A DNA stretch of 62,740 nucleotides, the filler included, from Chiloscyllium plagiosum (taxonomy: Eukaryota), in the NCBI RefSeq assembly GCF_004010195.1. It is 3 parts of one record of this genome, joined end to end, with 100 filler letters (N's around TTAATTAATTAA, not from the genome) between each part and the next. Parts side by side here need not be neighbours in the genome. Positions count along the whole stretch, not along the records: positions 51,320 to 62,740 come from NC_057717.1; 2 more parts are not named here. One strand, given 5' to 3'. Within the stretch, counting starts at the first letter, position 1. Each line of letters begins with the position of its first letter. This document shows positions 61,085 to 62,740 of this stretch, one piece after another. Both the position numbers and the translations under genes were made by a program. The notes under the pieces are model-generated. The model did not search any database and had not been told where the DNA came from. It saw nothing but the letters and a program-made list of their open reading frames with translations.

Positions 61085-61830
61085 ACTGTCATCTGAGTGT
61101 CAGCACAATATGTGTGGTTCCCTAGACCAAACAAAATCCACTAAGTTCAGTTACTAATGTGATTTTTGGCTTGCTGTTTGCTCCTGGTTGCTTCAGATAC
61201 ATTCTGTTGGGTGACCCATATATTAATATCTGACCATCCACAGACGTGTACAATTTTATTTTGATACTGGCGAATGTGAAGGTACATTTATTGGATATTG
61301 TTTCAAAGGGTCATTATGAGACACAAGATACTGCAGAAGACTATCAAAGTGTGAATGTTTTCACCCAGTGTCTGGTCTAGGGTGCAGGTTTATGGTGTCC
61401 TGGGGCCATGCCAGATGTCATCAGCACAAGTAACTTGTGCGGTTTGATTCTGCCCCTCCATGTCCATAAATCTGCTCCCTGGGCCAGGCTCTGACTGAAG
61501 ATAAATTTATAAGACCTGGCTCCTGTTCAGTCATTGGTATCTAATTTAGACAACATTTGTACCTGCAGTGACAGCAGTGACAGCCTGTTGGCTAGTTTCC
61601 TCCTGCGAAAGGTGGAATCCAAATGGTTCACTGTGAGGGAATATTTGAATGACTGCCCTGACCCAGGTTGGAAACTCTCTGGACACATTCAGCAGCAGGC
61701 CAGTGTCTCACTCAGTGTCACAGGCAGCTGTGAGGTCCAGTTGCACTGTCCCCGAATTCAGGCCTTTTGCAATCCACTTTTAATGTCGGTCATGATGCAA
61801 AATGATGGGTTTACTGCCCTGAACAATGAT
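61085..61830 (-). mobile_element. Ingi/Vingi-like LINE RT relic (mirror of 1195-2640, without the CR1 insertion)
   Basis: Minus strand GTVQLDLTAACDTE near 61755-61712, and TCADDIW (decayed YADD) near 61431-61411. Confidence 0.6.
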
Positions 61831-62494
61831 CAGGAGTTTGCCATGTTTATGAATTGGGCAATAATAAGGTATGGTTTACAATTATTCAACTGAACAATAA
61901 CGGCATCATCTCTGAAAACATTTGATTCGATATTTATGGAAGTAAAATATTAAACACCGAAGAACTTGTTTGTGATACAAAAGTAAAGAATGCACCTTTT
62001 GTTTTGTACCAAAAAAGAATATTTTTTCGTTCTGTTTTGGTGATCACAATTACACATTGAATCTCAGTATTCAAATACACGCATTGCCACTCTATTATTT
62101 GCAAAGTGATTGACCCCTGACTGATTGCATATTCAGAGTGAACAAATGATTGAACAATCAAATAGAATTATAACTCTTTACATATTTAAATATAATCAAT
62201 CAACTGTGAACTTCAGCTATTTGCCAACAATTGTATTAGTTTTAAAATAATGATGGAAAAGGATAGACTAGATCAAAAAGTCGAAGTTCTAAAATGGAGA
62301 AAGGCCAATTTTAATGGTATTAGGCAAGAACTTTCAAAAACCGATTGGGGGCAGATGTTCACAGGTAAAGGAATGGCTGGAAAATGGAAAGACTTAAGAA
62401 ATCAGATAGCCGGAGAGCAGAGAGAGTACATTCTTGTTAGGGTGAAAGGAAAGGCTGGTAGATATAGAGAGTGCTGAACGACTAAAGAAATTGT

Positions 62495-62740
62495 GGCTGA
62501 AAATATGTTTTTGGGAAAGCGCAGCAGGTCAGGCAGCATCCAGGGAACAGGAGAATCGACGTTTCGGGCATAAGCTCTTCTTCAGGAATGAGGAAAGTTT
62601 GTCCAGCAGGCTAAGATAAAAGATAGGGAGGAGGGACTTGGGGGAGGGGCGTCGGAAATGTGATAGGTGGAAAGAGGTCAAGGTGAGGGTGATAGGACAG
62701 ATTGGGGTGGGGGCGGAGAGGTCGGGAAGAAGATTGCAGG
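62495..62740 (-). mobile_element. Penelope-like pLTR with hammerhead core (62558-62585), inserted into a CR1 fragment
   Basis: Reverse complement matches 19564-19777; CTGAAGA-A-GAGC-TTAT-GCCC-GAAA-CG-TC. Absent from the paralogous left site at ~515-530. Confidence 0.88.

Larger units (their letters stand above)
58480..62494. repeat. Older inverted segmental duplication, right arm (pairs with 530-5165)
   Basis: Same succession of elements in mirror order: CR1 EN, unique spacer, pLTR, CR1 RT, Vingi-like relic, unique spacer, CR1. Confidence 0.9.

Noticed and set aside
61534..61893. 119-aa ORF in apparently unique DNA
   Set aside because: It is antisense to the Vingi-like RT relic, and the paralogous frame on the left has stops and a CR1 insertion.

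Overview
Gapped, repeat-dominated vertebrate DNA that reads as shark (elasmobranch), judged from HE1-type SINEs, CR1 LINEs, Penelope-like elements and a shark-type 5S sequence. The only recognisable host gene is the main coding exon of a GPR139/GPR142-like orphan GPCR on the minus strand (41402-42311). It carries a 1-bp frameshift just before TM7. The architecture is striking: a younger inverted duplication with ~6.9-kb arms (11274-18123 vs 23704-30600) is nested in an older one that pairs the two ends of the window (~530-13600 vs ~49700-62490). A breakpoint falls exactly on a 34-bp minisatellite, which also forms a ~9.5-kb array (30.5-40 kb). Other signals: a 39/40-bp minisatellite made of STAT-type TTC(N3/N4)GAA motifs next to the GPCR exon; a repeated CTCF-like module; minimal hammerhead ribozyme cores in Penelope pseudo-LTRs; three decayed Harbinger-type Myb/SANT exons; Ingi/Vingi-like RT relics; and a 5S pseudogene heading a CR1 5' end. 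I cannot demonstrate a new biological system from sequence alone. The best candidates are the repeat-built regulatory elements around the GPCR and the nested palindromes. Identities and most repeat boundaries are by-eye estimates.
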